The notes below the pieces were generated by a model, which searched no databases, had not been told where the DNA came from, and was given only the letters and a program-made list of their open reading frames with translations. The translations under genes and the position numbers were made by a program. Shown here in pieces: positions 9,636 through 19,096 of a DNA stretch of 64,000 bases; the first letter of the stretch is position 1; each line of letters opens with the position of its first letter. Source of the DNA: Candidatus Heimdallarchaeota archaeon (GTDB lineage Archaea > Asgardarchaeota > Heimdallarchaeia > Heimdallarchaeales > Heimdallarchaeaceae); the NCBI GenBank assembly GCA_016839945.1, contig JAEOTE010000027.1:17842-81841 (forward strand). The letters run 5' to 3'.

Positions 9636-10142
9636 TTAAGGCTTATTGACAGCTTTATAATCTGCATAAATTTTTTCAAGCTCTACTCTTCTCTTATTGG
9701 GATTTCTTTCTATTAGTGCTTCTAGAAAACAGAATATTGAAAGAAGTCTACATAAGCGAATCAAATGATAGCCAATTTTAACGGATTCTACAATTATTGT
9801 ATCTTCTGGAACCATAAACAAAATACTTTGTTCCCAATAAGTTGTATCAGTGAGAAAAACATTAACAGATAGTTCCATCGCAAAAGACATTCCAATTGCA
9901 ATAACAATGAGAATCAATCTAATCCATCTTAAATCTGTTCTTCTTATTACCTTGATTCCTTCTAACCATTTAACATCATGAGTTGTTACAATCAAAGTGC
10001 ATGTTAAGAAAATCCAGAGAGGAGGTGATTCTGATAGATCAATCCAAGTTGAAACATAATCTTCAATGAGAAGAACAGGAGATAGTAAGCTAAGAAAGGC
10101 AATAACAAATGAAAGAAAGGAAAGCGACGATGATAATCTCAT
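9636..10142 (-). CDS. Hypothetical membrane protein (~4 TM)
   Basis: Four hydrophobic segments; no recognised motif. Confidence 0.6.
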   Translation of the reverse strand: MRLSSSLSFLSFVIAFLSLLSPVLLIEDYVSTWIDLSESPPLWIFLTCTLIVTTHDVKWLEGIKVIRRTDLRWIRLILIVIAIGMSFAMELSVNVFLTDTTYWEQSILFMVPEDTIIVESVKIGYHLIRLCRLLSIFCFLEALIERNPNKRRVELEKIYADYKAVNKP

Positions 10143-10248
10143 TATTCATGATAGTCTGGAAGAATTTATATAGTTTTGTTTTTACTTTCAAGTTTCATAA
10201 AGTCAATACTCCGCAAACTTATATACAAGAAAGAAAAAATTTTTCCAG

Positions 10249-11175
10249 ATGATTTCTGAACCTACTAGAAAGCATATTACCAATGCTTCGTTATTTGCTG
10301 TATTATCGAAGATGGTGAGTATGGCAGTTGCTTTCTTCCAAACAGGTTCAGCCTTAGTCTATATCAATTTGGTTTTTGGAGTACTCTTCTATTTATCTGT
10401 GATATGGATAGGTTATGGATTGTGGTTATTTTATAAAGATGAAAATAATATAAAACTTCAATATGTGAGTTTGTTAGTGGCTATAGGAGGAATACTTGCT
10501 ATCCCTATAGAGATTGTTAATCTTTTAGTTAAAACTGAAATAATAACAACAAATAATACTGGTACTATACTCTCTATGATATCGAAAAGTCTCCCAGCAA
10601 TTGGTTTACTTGTAGGTTTTATTATATTGAAAAGTATTTTAGATTCATTTGTTCCTGCTAGAAGAAATATCTTCAAAGGGCAATTATCTTTACCTATTGG
10701 TTTTGCAATGACAGCAATTTATGTAATTGTATTAACTATTGTACCACTTGAAACAATGGTTATAGAAGTAGATGGGCAGAATCAAATAAAAAGTGAGTAT
10801 CTTTATCTTTACTATTTTGTTAGTTTTTTGGAAATGGGAATGATTGTAATGGTTGTATTAGGATTCTGGTATTTAAGAAAGACTTTTCTAATGTTGGATA
10901 AGGTACCAAAAGAGTATTTTGAAAGAAAAAAGCAAGTGGAAGAGTATCCAGCTCAAAGATCTTATCCTGGAACATTTACAAGATTTTCTAGAACTCGAAG
11001 TCCAATAGTTCCCCCCTCAGCTGCTAAGAGTGAACCGGAAATTATTGATACCACGAGTAGTTCTGAGGTTATTTCTAAGAAAAAAATGTTTTGCGTTAAA
11101 TGTGGTCTTGAACTTGAAGAAGATGCAGCTTTTTGTGCAAATTGCGGAGAAAAGAATCCATATTTAATAAAATAG
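10249..11175 (+). CDS. 6-TM membrane protein with C-terminal zinc ribbon
   Basis: Six hydrophobic helices, a Pro/Ser linker, then FCVKCG...FCANCG. Confidence 0.8.
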   Translation: MISEPTRKHITNASLFAVLSKMVSMAVAFFQTGSALVYINLVFGVLFYLSVIWIGYGLWLFYKDENNIKLQYVSLLVAIGGILAIPIEIVNLLVKTEIITTNNTGTILSMISKSLPAIGLLVGFIILKSILDSFVPARRNIFKGQLSLPIGFAMTAIYVIVLTIVPLETMVIEVDGQNQIKSEYLYLYYFVSFLEMGMIVMVVLGFWYLRKTFLMLDKVPKEYFERKKQVEEYPAQRSYPGTFTRFSRTRSPIVPPSAAKSEPEIIDTTSSSEVISKKKMFCVKCGLELEEDAAFCANCGEKNPYLIK

Positions 11176-11898
11176 GTGAGGATGATGAAAGTTTCTGAGG
11201 ATGTTGCAAAGCATTTGTTTTACACAACTTGGGTTCTAATGGTACTCCAAATGCTTAAAGTTCTAAATACAACATTTCTAGGAATTTATGTCCCTCTTTT
11301 AGTAAATATTGTAGACGTTGCATTTGATTGTGCACTTATTCTCTTAGCAATAGGGATCATGCGTTTAGGAAAAGAAATAGAGAACATCAAGAAATGGATA
11401 GTGTCTAGTATTGCACTAATAATCGCAGGAGGAGTTGATATAATTACTTTAATTCTTTCATACAGCTTTCCTAATGAATCTTGGATTTTGGCTCCTTTCT
11501 TATACATAAGACTAGCTTTACTTATCTTTTATCTTGTTGCTTTACCTATTGCTTTTGCTTATATTAAATTCCATATAGATGATTTAGAAGAGATGAATAT
11601 AATTCCAAGAAAAGGTAGATTTTTCATTCCAGCTGGTTATTTACTACAAATCTATCCTTATCTTATTCCTTGGATTGGAGATTATATGAATCCAAAAATT
11701 TTACCTCCAATAGTATCAAATCTTGGATTATTCTTCATACTTATCTCAGCATTTCTAATTATAGTAGGTTTTCTAGAACTAACAGTTGTTGTAAAAATGA
11801 TACTAAAAGGATATACAGGTGAGGAATTTATTAAAAACGAAATTCAATTTTCTGCTGAAGAAACTATCGACCAAAAAATAGAAGGTGATGAGAATTAA
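11176..11898 (+). CDS. 6-TM membrane protein (divergent paralogue of its neighbours)
   Basis: Six hydrophobic helices; abuts the upstream stop; shares the KG.f.iP.Gy motif with 10249. Confidence 0.7.
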   Translation: MRMMKVSEDVAKHLFYTTWVLMVLQMLKVLNTTFLGIYVPLLVNIVDVAFDCALILLAIGIMRLGKEIENIKKWIVSSIALIIAGGVDIITLILSYSFPNESWILAPFLYIRLALLIFYLVALPIAFAYIKFHIDDLEEMNIIPRKGRFFIPAGYLLQIYPYLIPWIGDYMNPKILPPIVSNLGLFFILISAFLIIVGFLELTVVVKMILKGYTGEEFIKNEIQFSAEETIDQKIEGDEN

Positions 11899-12568
11899 TA
11901 GACTTCAAGTATCAAAATTATTTACAAGTGGAACTATGATGGTGTTTGTATTTTATGTAATATTAGCAATTTTTTCAGTTGGATTACGTAATACAAGTTT
12001 ACCAGGTTTAACTGCTATTCAATTACTCTTTCTTCCTATAATTATTGGAATTGCAGGAATTGGATATGGAGCATATCATCTCAGTTTTGACGAAAAAGAA
12101 CCTTGGAAAAGTGGTAAAATAATCTTCTATATTATTACAATAGGAATAATATCTTTACTATTTGGTCAAATTGGATTAATTATAGCTGGATATGATGATG
12201 TGCAAGAGGTTGCTATACGTCCAGATTTTGTAATTGTAGGAAATGTCTTAATGATACTATCCTGCCTAGTTCTTGCAGTTAGTTTCTTTTTCTTGCATAA
12301 GCAGCTACGTGAGATGTATTTCAAAAAAATCTTCATTAAGATTCCGAATTGGTTCACAGTATTTTCTTACCTCTTACAAGCAGTTGCATATATTTTATTC
12401 TTTACCGCTTATTTCACTACTCAAGGGAATACACAAACAATTTTGGATGCTATTGGCATTGGAACTGCTGTAGTTGCTTTAATATTCCTATTAGTAGGTT
12501 TTATTCCAATCAACATATCTTTTAGAACATATTCACATTTAGTAGAGGATGAAGAATTACGAAAATAA
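11885..12568 (+). CDS. 6-TM membrane protein (divergent paralogue of its neighbours)
   Basis: Six hydrophobic helices; GYGAYHLSFDE resembles GYGLWLFYKDE in 10249; overlaps the upstream gene. Confidence 0.7.
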   Translation: MMRINRLQVSKLFTSGTMMVFVFYVILAIFSVGLRNTSLPGLTAIQLLFLPIIIGIAGIGYGAYHLSFDEKEPWKSGKIIFYIITIGIISLLFGQIGLIIAGYDDVQEVAIRPDFVIVGNVLMILSCLVLAVSFFFLHKQLREMYFKKIFIKIPNWFTVFSYLLQAVAYILFFTAYFTTQGNTQTILDAIGIGTAVVALIFLLVGFIPINISFRTYSHLVEDEELRK

Positions 12569-12573
12569 GAAAA

Positions 12574-13443
12574 TTATTTTTGAGATGAAAGAAGAGCATG
12601 TGATGTCTGGATTAAATCGTTGATTTTTCTTTCTATATGTTCAGGATTTGATAATATTGCAAAGGAAACTTGAAAATTAGTTGCTCCTTCTGTTAAAAAG
12701 ATAATTTCGGTTAGAGAATTAGCAATTTCATTGAGTTTCTCTGTTTCATCATCCTTTAAAATAGCTAGAAAAGATACAAAAATATCTGTATCTCTTTTAG
12801 TTTTTAGGTAATCAACAGTTTTCTTCATTTTGTTAACTTGATGTAGGTCTAAAGGTTCGAAAATAAAAAGAAAACCTTCTGCTAGCTCAAACAATAAAGG
12901 AGCTAAAGAAACCAGATCTCTTTTGTAATCAATTATCGACATTTGGCATGAAAAAACATCATTTCCAATCGTCTTTTCAAAATTGATTGGTTCATACCCT
13001 CCCATAAATTGATAATCAGTCTGAGCTCCTTCTTTTGAAAAATACTTATCTATAACTTTCTGAACAAGAAAATTATCTCCATAAACAGATATTTTCACTT
13101 TAGGTTGTTCATCTGTTACTAATCTGACAGGGGAAGTATCCTTTGTTACTTCACTTTTTTGTGTTTGAACTTTTGAAAAGCTATCCGGTTCAGTGTTTTG
13201 ATGCCAATTTATGAAATTATTCTTGATTTCCTCTTTTGCATCTATAACTAATTCAGGTGTTATAGAAACCTTTTTCTCATAAATAGACAGCCCATAAGCC
13301 ATTGGTAGTGTTTTTATGAAATTAGATAAGGCAGTCGAATCAATATCTATTATAGATGAGAGAATATCTAAATCCCAGACATTCTTTTTTTCTATTAAAG
13401 ACAACAAATGCTCTGCTAACGATTTTTCTTTTTCCATGCTCAT
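12574..13443 (-). CDS. Hypothetical protein: winged-helix-like N-terminus plus Rab-like pseudo-GTPase domain
   Basis: KVKISVYGDNFLVQK (G1 degenerate), DYQFMGGYE..FEKTIG..CQMSIID, LLFELAEGFLFIFE follow Rab topology. Confidence 0.55.
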   Translation of the reverse strand: MSMEKEKSLAEHLLSLIEKKNVWDLDILSSIIDIDSTALSNFIKTLPMAYGLSIYEKKVSITPELVIDAKEEIKNNFINWHQNTEPDSFSKVQTQKSEVTKDTSPVRLVTDEQPKVKISVYGDNFLVQKVIDKYFSKEGAQTDYQFMGGYEPINFEKTIGNDVFSCQMSIIDYKRDLVSLAPLLFELAEGFLFIFEPLDLHQVNKMKKTVDYLKTKRDTDIFVSFLAILKDDETEKLNEIANSLTEIIFLTEGATNFQVSFAILSNPEHIERKINDLIQTSHALLSSQK

Positions 13444-13545
13444 TACACTATCTGTTTTTTATAGTTTAAAATATTTTCTTAAGTTTGTTAATTGCATTAA
13501 AGTTTTAAAGATATACTAGTTGTAATTTTAAGCAACGGTGGAAAA

Positions 13546-14490
13546 ATGGTTCTTTTTGCAGACTTTCAATGGTGGACATATATTGCTCTGTTTGGTGCAG
13601 GACTAGTCAGTGGGGCAGTTTCACCTACTTTTGGCATAGGAGGGGGTCTTTTGAATGTCCCTATCTTGCTACTTGGATTTTCTTACCTTTTAGGTAGTGA
13701 TCCTGGAAGCACTGCTACAGCTACCTCTCTAGGAGTAATTTTATTTACAGCATTGAGTGGTTCAATTTCTTACATTAGAGAAAGAAGAATTGATTTTCGA
13801 ATTGCCTTAACGTTCATGATTTTTGCAATTCCTGGAGCTGTTTCTGGAGGTTTATTCTCAAATTGGTTGAAGGAACAAAACTATGAGACTGATGTATTTC
13901 AAATTATATTTGCATGCACAATGATAGTTATCGCAATTTACAAAATAACAACAATCTTTCTTCAACGGAGAAAGAAGAAAAAAGATCTTATTTCTGAAGA
14001 TGATGAGTGCATGGAGTTAGAATGTGATGAAGAGCAACAAAATAAGCCTTTGTGGAAACAAACTGTGTTATACCGCGATTTTGAAGATAAAAGAGGTATA
14101 AAATTTACATACAAAGCTAAACTAATCCCAGGTATTTTCATAGCATCCGTAGGAGGTTTTATTGGAGCAACTCTAGGGCTTGGTGGTGGTATTATCTATG
14201 TTCCTATTCTAACTATGGCTCTTGGTATTCCTGCAGCGATTGCAACAGCAACGTCAACGTTTACCATTTTATTTGCTACACCTTTTGCAGTTGGTATTAG
14301 ATCAATTGATAATATAATACGTTGGGATATTGTCTTCTGCATGGCAGCTGGAACTGTCATTACAGCTAATATAGTACCTAGGTTTCTCCACAAAATTAAA
14401 TCCGAATTTATCTTAACAGGTTTTTGGGTGATTGCTATAGGGGCAGCAATTAGACTTTTAATTAAAGTTTTAACTGAAGCCAATATCTAA
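13546..14490 (+). CDS. Sulfite exporter TauE/SafE family permease
   Basis: Two repeats of G.GGG..vP (FGIGGGLLNVP; LGLGGGIIYVP) with ATATS motifs; ~8 TM. Confidence 0.92.
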   Translation: MVLFADFQWWTYIALFGAGLVSGAVSPTFGIGGGLLNVPILLLGFSYLLGSDPGSTATATSLGVILFTALSGSISYIRERRIDFRIALTFMIFAIPGAVSGGLFSNWLKEQNYETDVFQIIFACTMIVIAIYKITTIFLQRRKKKKDLISEDDECMELECDEEQQNKPLWKQTVLYRDFEDKRGIKFTYKAKLIPGIFIASVGGFIGATLGLGGGIIYVPILTMALGIPAAIATATSTFTILFATPFAVGIRSIDNIIRWDIVFCMAAGTVITANIVPRFLHKIKSEFILTGFWVIAIGAAIRLLIKVLTEANI

Positions 14491-15813
14491 TCATTTAATG
14501 ATAGCTCTAATCCTGTAACCCTTTTTCAACACATCAGGAATAGGGATAGGTTGTCCTTTTTCATCATAAACCATTGTTACTTGGCAATGAAAATTGTTTT
14601 CCACAACTGAACGTTTCTTGTCTTCTTTCATTTCCATCATAAAGAATGATTTTGACCCTTGTCTATACAATTCTGGAGACTTAAACTCTATATTAGACCA
14701 TCTTTCTTCTATTATGTTCAGAATTTTACTACTAGCATAGCCATCACCATATGGATTACCAAACTCTTCAAATTTATTCATAAAATCCTCATTTGTTAAT
14801 GTTTGATTCAAAATTTGAATAATCTCCTTCTCATCAACCTTTACTAGAAAGTTTATCTTTGATTCTACAGTTTCAGGTCTTTCTGTATTAGGTCTGATTG
14901 TAATGCAAGGTTTCTTAAGAATAGAAGCTTCTTCTTGTAAGCCACCTGAATCAGTCAAAATTATTTTACATCTATCATCTTTCATTAATCTCAGAATAGA
15001 TAAATAATCAATAGATGTGTAGATATGTATCTTCTTATTCTCTTGAAGCTTATCATAAAGATTAAACTCATTCAATTGTTTTTCTGTTCTAGGATGCATC
15101 AGGAAGATTATTGGCATTTGAATGAAATTTGATAAAGCATTTGAAATTTCTTTGAGATTTTGTTTGTTATCTACATTCGATACTCGATGAATTGTACATA
15201 TGATAAATTCCTCATTTATTTCATCTAGTATTTCTTTTGCTTTAGGTGTGTGTTGTTCAAAAATATTATCACCATATAGTCTTATGGAATCAACGATGGT
15301 GTTACCAGTAAAATAAATTCTTTCAGGGTCTAAACCTTCATAAAGTAAATTAGTTATTGCTCGTTGAGATGGAACAAATAGAAGCGAAGAGATACTATCT
15401 ACTAGCTTCCTATTAATCTCTTCTGGCATTGTGTTATCATAAGAACGTAATCCTGCTTCAATATGTCCAAAAGGAATGTTATTTTGAATACTAGCAAGGC
15501 AAGCTGCAACTACACTATTAGTATCCCCCACTGCTAAAACAATACTTGGTTGTGTTTTTTTTAATTCATCTCCAAGTTTACTAATCATTTCTCCTAATTG
15601 TACACTCTTATTCTCTGATTGAATATCTAGATTAATATTTGGTGAAGGTAAAGCTAAGGAATCAAAAAACTGTTTTGACATTTCTTGACTATAATGTTGT
15701 CCTGTGTGAATGATATATATTTGAAGATCACGAACTTTTGCTTCATTTATAATAGGAGCCATTTTTATTATTTCAGGTCTTGTTCCAACCACTAAAGCTA
15801 TAGAACCCATCAA
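14491..15813 (-). CDS. wecB: UDP-N-acetylglucosamine 2-epimerase (non-hydrolysing)
   Basis: GTRPEIIKMAP, HTGQHY, GDTNS, HIEAGLRS, PEEINR, TDSGGLQEEA, TERPE, PYGDG. Confidence 0.96.
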   Translation of the reverse strand: MMGSIALVVGTRPEIIKMAPIINEAKVRDLQIYIIHTGQHYSQEMSKQFFDSLALPSPNINLDIQSENKSVQLGEMISKLGDELKKTQPSIVLAVGDTNSVVAACLASIQNNIPFGHIEAGLRSYDNTMPEEINRKLVDSISSLLFVPSQRAITNLLYEGLDPERIYFTGNTIVDSIRLYGDNIFEQHTPKAKEILDEINEEFIICTIHRVSNVDNKQNLKEISNALSNFIQMPIIFLMHPRTEKQLNEFNLYDKLQENKKIHIYTSIDYLSILRLMKDDRCKIILTDSGGLQEEASILKKPCITIRPNTERPETVESKINFLVKVDEKEIIQILNQTLTNEDFMNKFEEFGNPYGDGYASSKILNIIEERWSNIEFKSPELYRQGSKSFFMMEMKEDKKRSVVENNFHCQVTMVYDEKGQPIPIPDVLKKGYRIRAIIK

Positions 15814-15865
15814 TACTTTGTTACCACAAAGGAGAATATAAATCTTAGTGATTTATTAGTTGAAT

Positions 15866-16960
15866 CTAAGAAATAAGATAAAAGTTCTTTTCCAAAATTT
15901 CAAGTAAATATTCTATTTGTTCTTCTGTTGGTAGTTGATTTGCTTCAAAATCCTTCAGAAAATCATCAATTTGTACTAGAATTGTTTTAGCAGTTTTTTC
16001 AAGTAATTTGCTTGATATTTTTGTTTGGATAATCATAATTATCTTATCACTTGCATAAAACGATAATGTAGATGTTGTCGTTTTTAATTCTTTAAACTGC
16101 TCTTCACTTGTTGTAGCTACATAATCTGAAACGAAATGAAATAATCCTGATAAATATCCTGAGGCAGCAACGATTTTCTCTTCGAAAGAAATTCTCATAC
16201 TTCTTAATGGTGAGTATCCTAAGAGAGGATTACCTTCTCTATCAACAAGTAATATTGTTTCTATGCCATGTGACATCGATTGACTTTGATAAATTGATAC
16301 AACTGAAACTACTAAAAATGTATAAATAACATCTACAATCTCAAAATATTCCAAATTATTCTCTACTAATCTTCGTCTAATTGTAACAATGAATGCAAAT
16401 CCAATTAACATCAAAATTATAAAGAGGGTAACATCTCTTTTCAGTTTTAATCTTCTTTTCCTAGAGATTTTTGCGAGTTTCATATATCTTACATATACTC
16501 CTATAAAGAGAAAAGCACTTATTAAAATACAAAAACCATAAATGAAGCTGTAGATATCAGTGTAAATCACATTATAGATTGAAATTGTTAAAGTTTTGAA
16601 TTCTAAGAGATTAGCTTCTAAAGGTATCAAAACGAAATATAGTACAAAAACTCCAAAAATTGCTGTAACAATTCGACTTGCTCTAGAAGGTAAAATCATT
16701 GATTGTTCCAAACATGCACCAAACAGAATTATTAAGGATAAAGATTGAAAAATTTGTAATAATCTGTATAATGTTGCAGTTTCATAAGTATACTCAAGAG
16801 CATCTATTATTATGAAAATTCCATAACTACTGAGAAATAAGGACCAATTAAGGTAAAATGGATTTTGCCTTCTTCTTCCCCAATATAGTGTAAGGATTCC
16901 TCCCATAATCAACGAAACAGCGAGAATATATTTGATGAATATTTCCATGTTTAACCCCAA
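15866..16960 (-). CDS. 7-TM membrane protein fused to a C-terminal longin-like domain
   Basis: Seven hydrophobic helices, then IETILLVDREGNPLL...ASGYLSGLFHFVSD...FKELKT...IIMIIQT, the beta-beta-alpha-beta-beta-beta-alpha longin pattern. Confidence 0.7.
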   Translation of the reverse strand: MGLNMEIFIKYILAVSLIMGGILTLYWGRRRQNPFYLNWSLFLSSYGIFIIIDALEYTYETATLYRLLQIFQSLSLIILFGACLEQSMILPSRASRIVTAIFGVFVLYFVLIPLEANLLEFKTLTISIYNVIYTDIYSFIYGFCILISAFLFIGVYVRYMKLAKISRKRRLKLKRDVTLFIILMLIGFAFIVTIRRRLVENNLEYFEIVDVIYTFLVVSVVSIYQSQSMSHGIETILLVDREGNPLLGYSPLRSMRISFEEKIVAASGYLSGLFHFVSDYVATTSEEQFKELKTTTSTLSFYASDKIIMIIQTKISSKLLEKTAKTILVQIDDFLKDFEANQLPTEEQIEYLLEILEKNFYLIS

Positions 16961-17039
16961 TTGTTAACCATACCCTAACAAGAAATATATCCTTTGATTC
17001 CTTAAAAAATTTCCTAGTACCTTGAAAGATAAAATTTCA

Positions 17040-18704
17040 CTATTTAGTATCTTTATCTTCTTCGAATTCAGCTTTAGGATCCCAAATTTTACTTACTTTT
17101 TTTGTCTTTCTGATATTGAAGAATATGTACACTGAAGCTGAACCTCCCATCAAAATACCTATTATCCAGAAAGATGCTGAAAATCGACGAGGTTTGATTT
17201 TGACATAAAGATTTGCTTCGCTAACATCAGTCACCCAATCCTTTCCATCGAAAACTGCTACTTTAAGGTAATATGAACCAGCTTTCACATTTGTAAGATT
17301 CCAAGTATATGTGTTATATCCTGTTATGTTTGATGCTAAAACTGTCCAATTCCAACCATTCTCTGATATTAGAACTGTACTATTTAATGGATCATTATCT
17401 TCGTCATCCATTGCCCAACTGAAATCATAAGTATCATTGTAAGATATTGATCGCGAAGGGTTGGTAATCTTAACAGCAGGCAGATTGTTTGAATAGGTAA
17501 GGTGAGGTTCAGTTGCCATATAAACTAGAGCTGGAAAAACTATTTCACAGTTTGAAATAATCCTATCTCCTGGAGGGTTATAATAATCAAAATATGAACC
17601 TGTCCATAATGTTTCATAGCTCTCTATAGTTATAGGTACTATATCATAAGCATAATAGCAATAATCATTCCAAGTCCCTGAAGCTTCGTAACCACCTATT
17701 TCAGACCAAGCTGGAAAACCAGTTATTGATTTAAGTTCATCTATGATGGATTGAAATTCTGCAGCATCTTTCGCAGGGAGAGAGCTGTTATGACCCCAAG
17801 GTGCAATAATCGCTTCAATACCGCTATGAAGACTAACTGCAAAATTTATGAAATGAGTTTTAAGAAAATCTCTCACAATCCTTGTTTCAATCTCGCTAAA
17901 TGGATATTCTCCTCTATAAAGATCATTAATTTTGTCTGTTGAAGCTCCTCCAGAAACATTCCAATAAGCGCCATAGTTTCTGTTTAAATCCACTCCTCCA
18001 GGTCTATCTTCTCCTGTAGTACCATCTGCATCTATATGAGTTGCATTTATTTCTGCCATGCTTGAAGTCTCATTCCAGAAGTAAACTTCTTCATATTCAT
18101 CATCCAATCTAGTATCATTATCATCATCAATAGGATGAAGGTTTTTCCTTTGTTCAGGGAATATATGCATTATAGACACACCATCAGGATTAAGCATTGG
18201 GATAACATAAAGTTCAGTAGTTGTGAGCAAATCTTCATATTCTCCATTTTGAAAAGAATAAACTAATTTATCAATAAAATACAAGGAATCCTCGACTGAA
18301 ATCAATTCTCGAGCATGATGAGCTGCATCAACATAGAATTCAGTCTTTGTTTTTGTTACTGATTCTTGTGTAATTCTTACACACCAGATATCTCTATCGT
18401 GGTATGTTTTACCTAATGAAAAAACTTCAATAATTTCAGGGAAAGAACTATTAAGATTCTGGAGTTTATCTGTTAGCTCATCATAATTATGATAAGGACC
18501 TAAAGACTCTCCCCAAAAAACCACATCATCACTAGGAATGCTACTAGGAGCTCCTAGCAATTCATCCCAAATCCAAACATAAGTATCACCATTTTGTTTT
18601 CTAATAGGGTATTGAGCTGAAGAAGAAGTTGTTACTTGAAAAAACTGATAATTGATAAGTAGAAAAATAAACATAAGAGTGTATAAGAAACTCCTTTTTC
18701 TCAT
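17040..18704 (-). CDS. Membrane-anchored M14 zinc carboxypeptidase
   Basis: Signal peptide; HARE zinc motif, NPDG, GVDLNRNY, PFSEIET, SLHSG; Ig-like region and C-terminal TM. Confidence 0.92.
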   Translation of the reverse strand: MRKRSFLYTLMFIFLLINYQFFQVTTSSSAQYPIRKQNGDTYVWIWDELLGAPSSIPSDDVVFWGESLGPYHNYDELTDKLQNLNSSFPEIIEVFSLGKTYHDRDIWCVRITQESVTKTKTEFYVDAAHHARELISVEDSLYFIDKLVYSFQNGEYEDLLTTTELYVIPMLNPDGVSIMHIFPEQRKNLHPIDDDNDTRLDDEYEEVYFWNETSSMAEINATHIDADGTTGEDRPGGVDLNRNYGAYWNVSGGASTDKINDLYRGEYPFSEIETRIVRDFLKTHFINFAVSLHSGIEAIIAPWGHNSSLPAKDAAEFQSIIDELKSITGFPAWSEIGGYEASGTWNDYCYYAYDIVPITIESYETLWTGSYFDYYNPPGDRIISNCEIVFPALVYMATEPHLTYSNNLPAVKITNPSRSISYNDTYDFSWAMDDEDNDPLNSTVLISENGWNWTVLASNITGYNTYTWNLTNVKAGSYYLKVAVFDGKDWVTDVSEANLYVKIKPRRFSASFWIIGILMGGSASVYIFFNIRKTKKVSKIWDPKAEFEEDKDTK

Positions 18705-18847
18705 CGATTCTATTTTATCGTTAATATTAATAAATCTCTCCCTTTAATTCATAACAACAAAATTAGTAAAAATGATTTTTAGCTAAAGCCAAATGCTTAT
18801 AAATCGCTTGTGCGTAGTTGTGCCTAAACCGTAACGAAGTGAAAGTT

Positions 18848-19087
18848 ATGTCAGATTACGATATTGCAATTGAAATCGATGCTCGTGGTAGCTTCTGTCC
18901 AGGACCAATGATGGAACTCATTAAAGCCATCAGACAAGCTGAAGTTGGAGAATATTTATCTCTTCTAAGTTCTGATGAAGGGACTAGAAATGATGTTCCA
19001 GCTTGGATAAATAAAGCTAAACATGAACTTTTGGAAATCATCAATGAAGATGGTCACGATAGATACATTGTAAAGAAACTACATTGA
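18848..19087 (+). CDS. tusA: TusA-family sulfurtransferase
   Basis: IDARGSFCPGP motif; start moved to the ATG at 18848. Confidence 0.92.
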   Translation: MSDYDIAIEIDARGSFCPGPMMELIKAIRQAEVGEYLSLLSSDEGTRNDVPAWINKAKHELLEIINEDGHDRYIVKKLH

Positions 19088-19096
19088 GGTCTCAGG

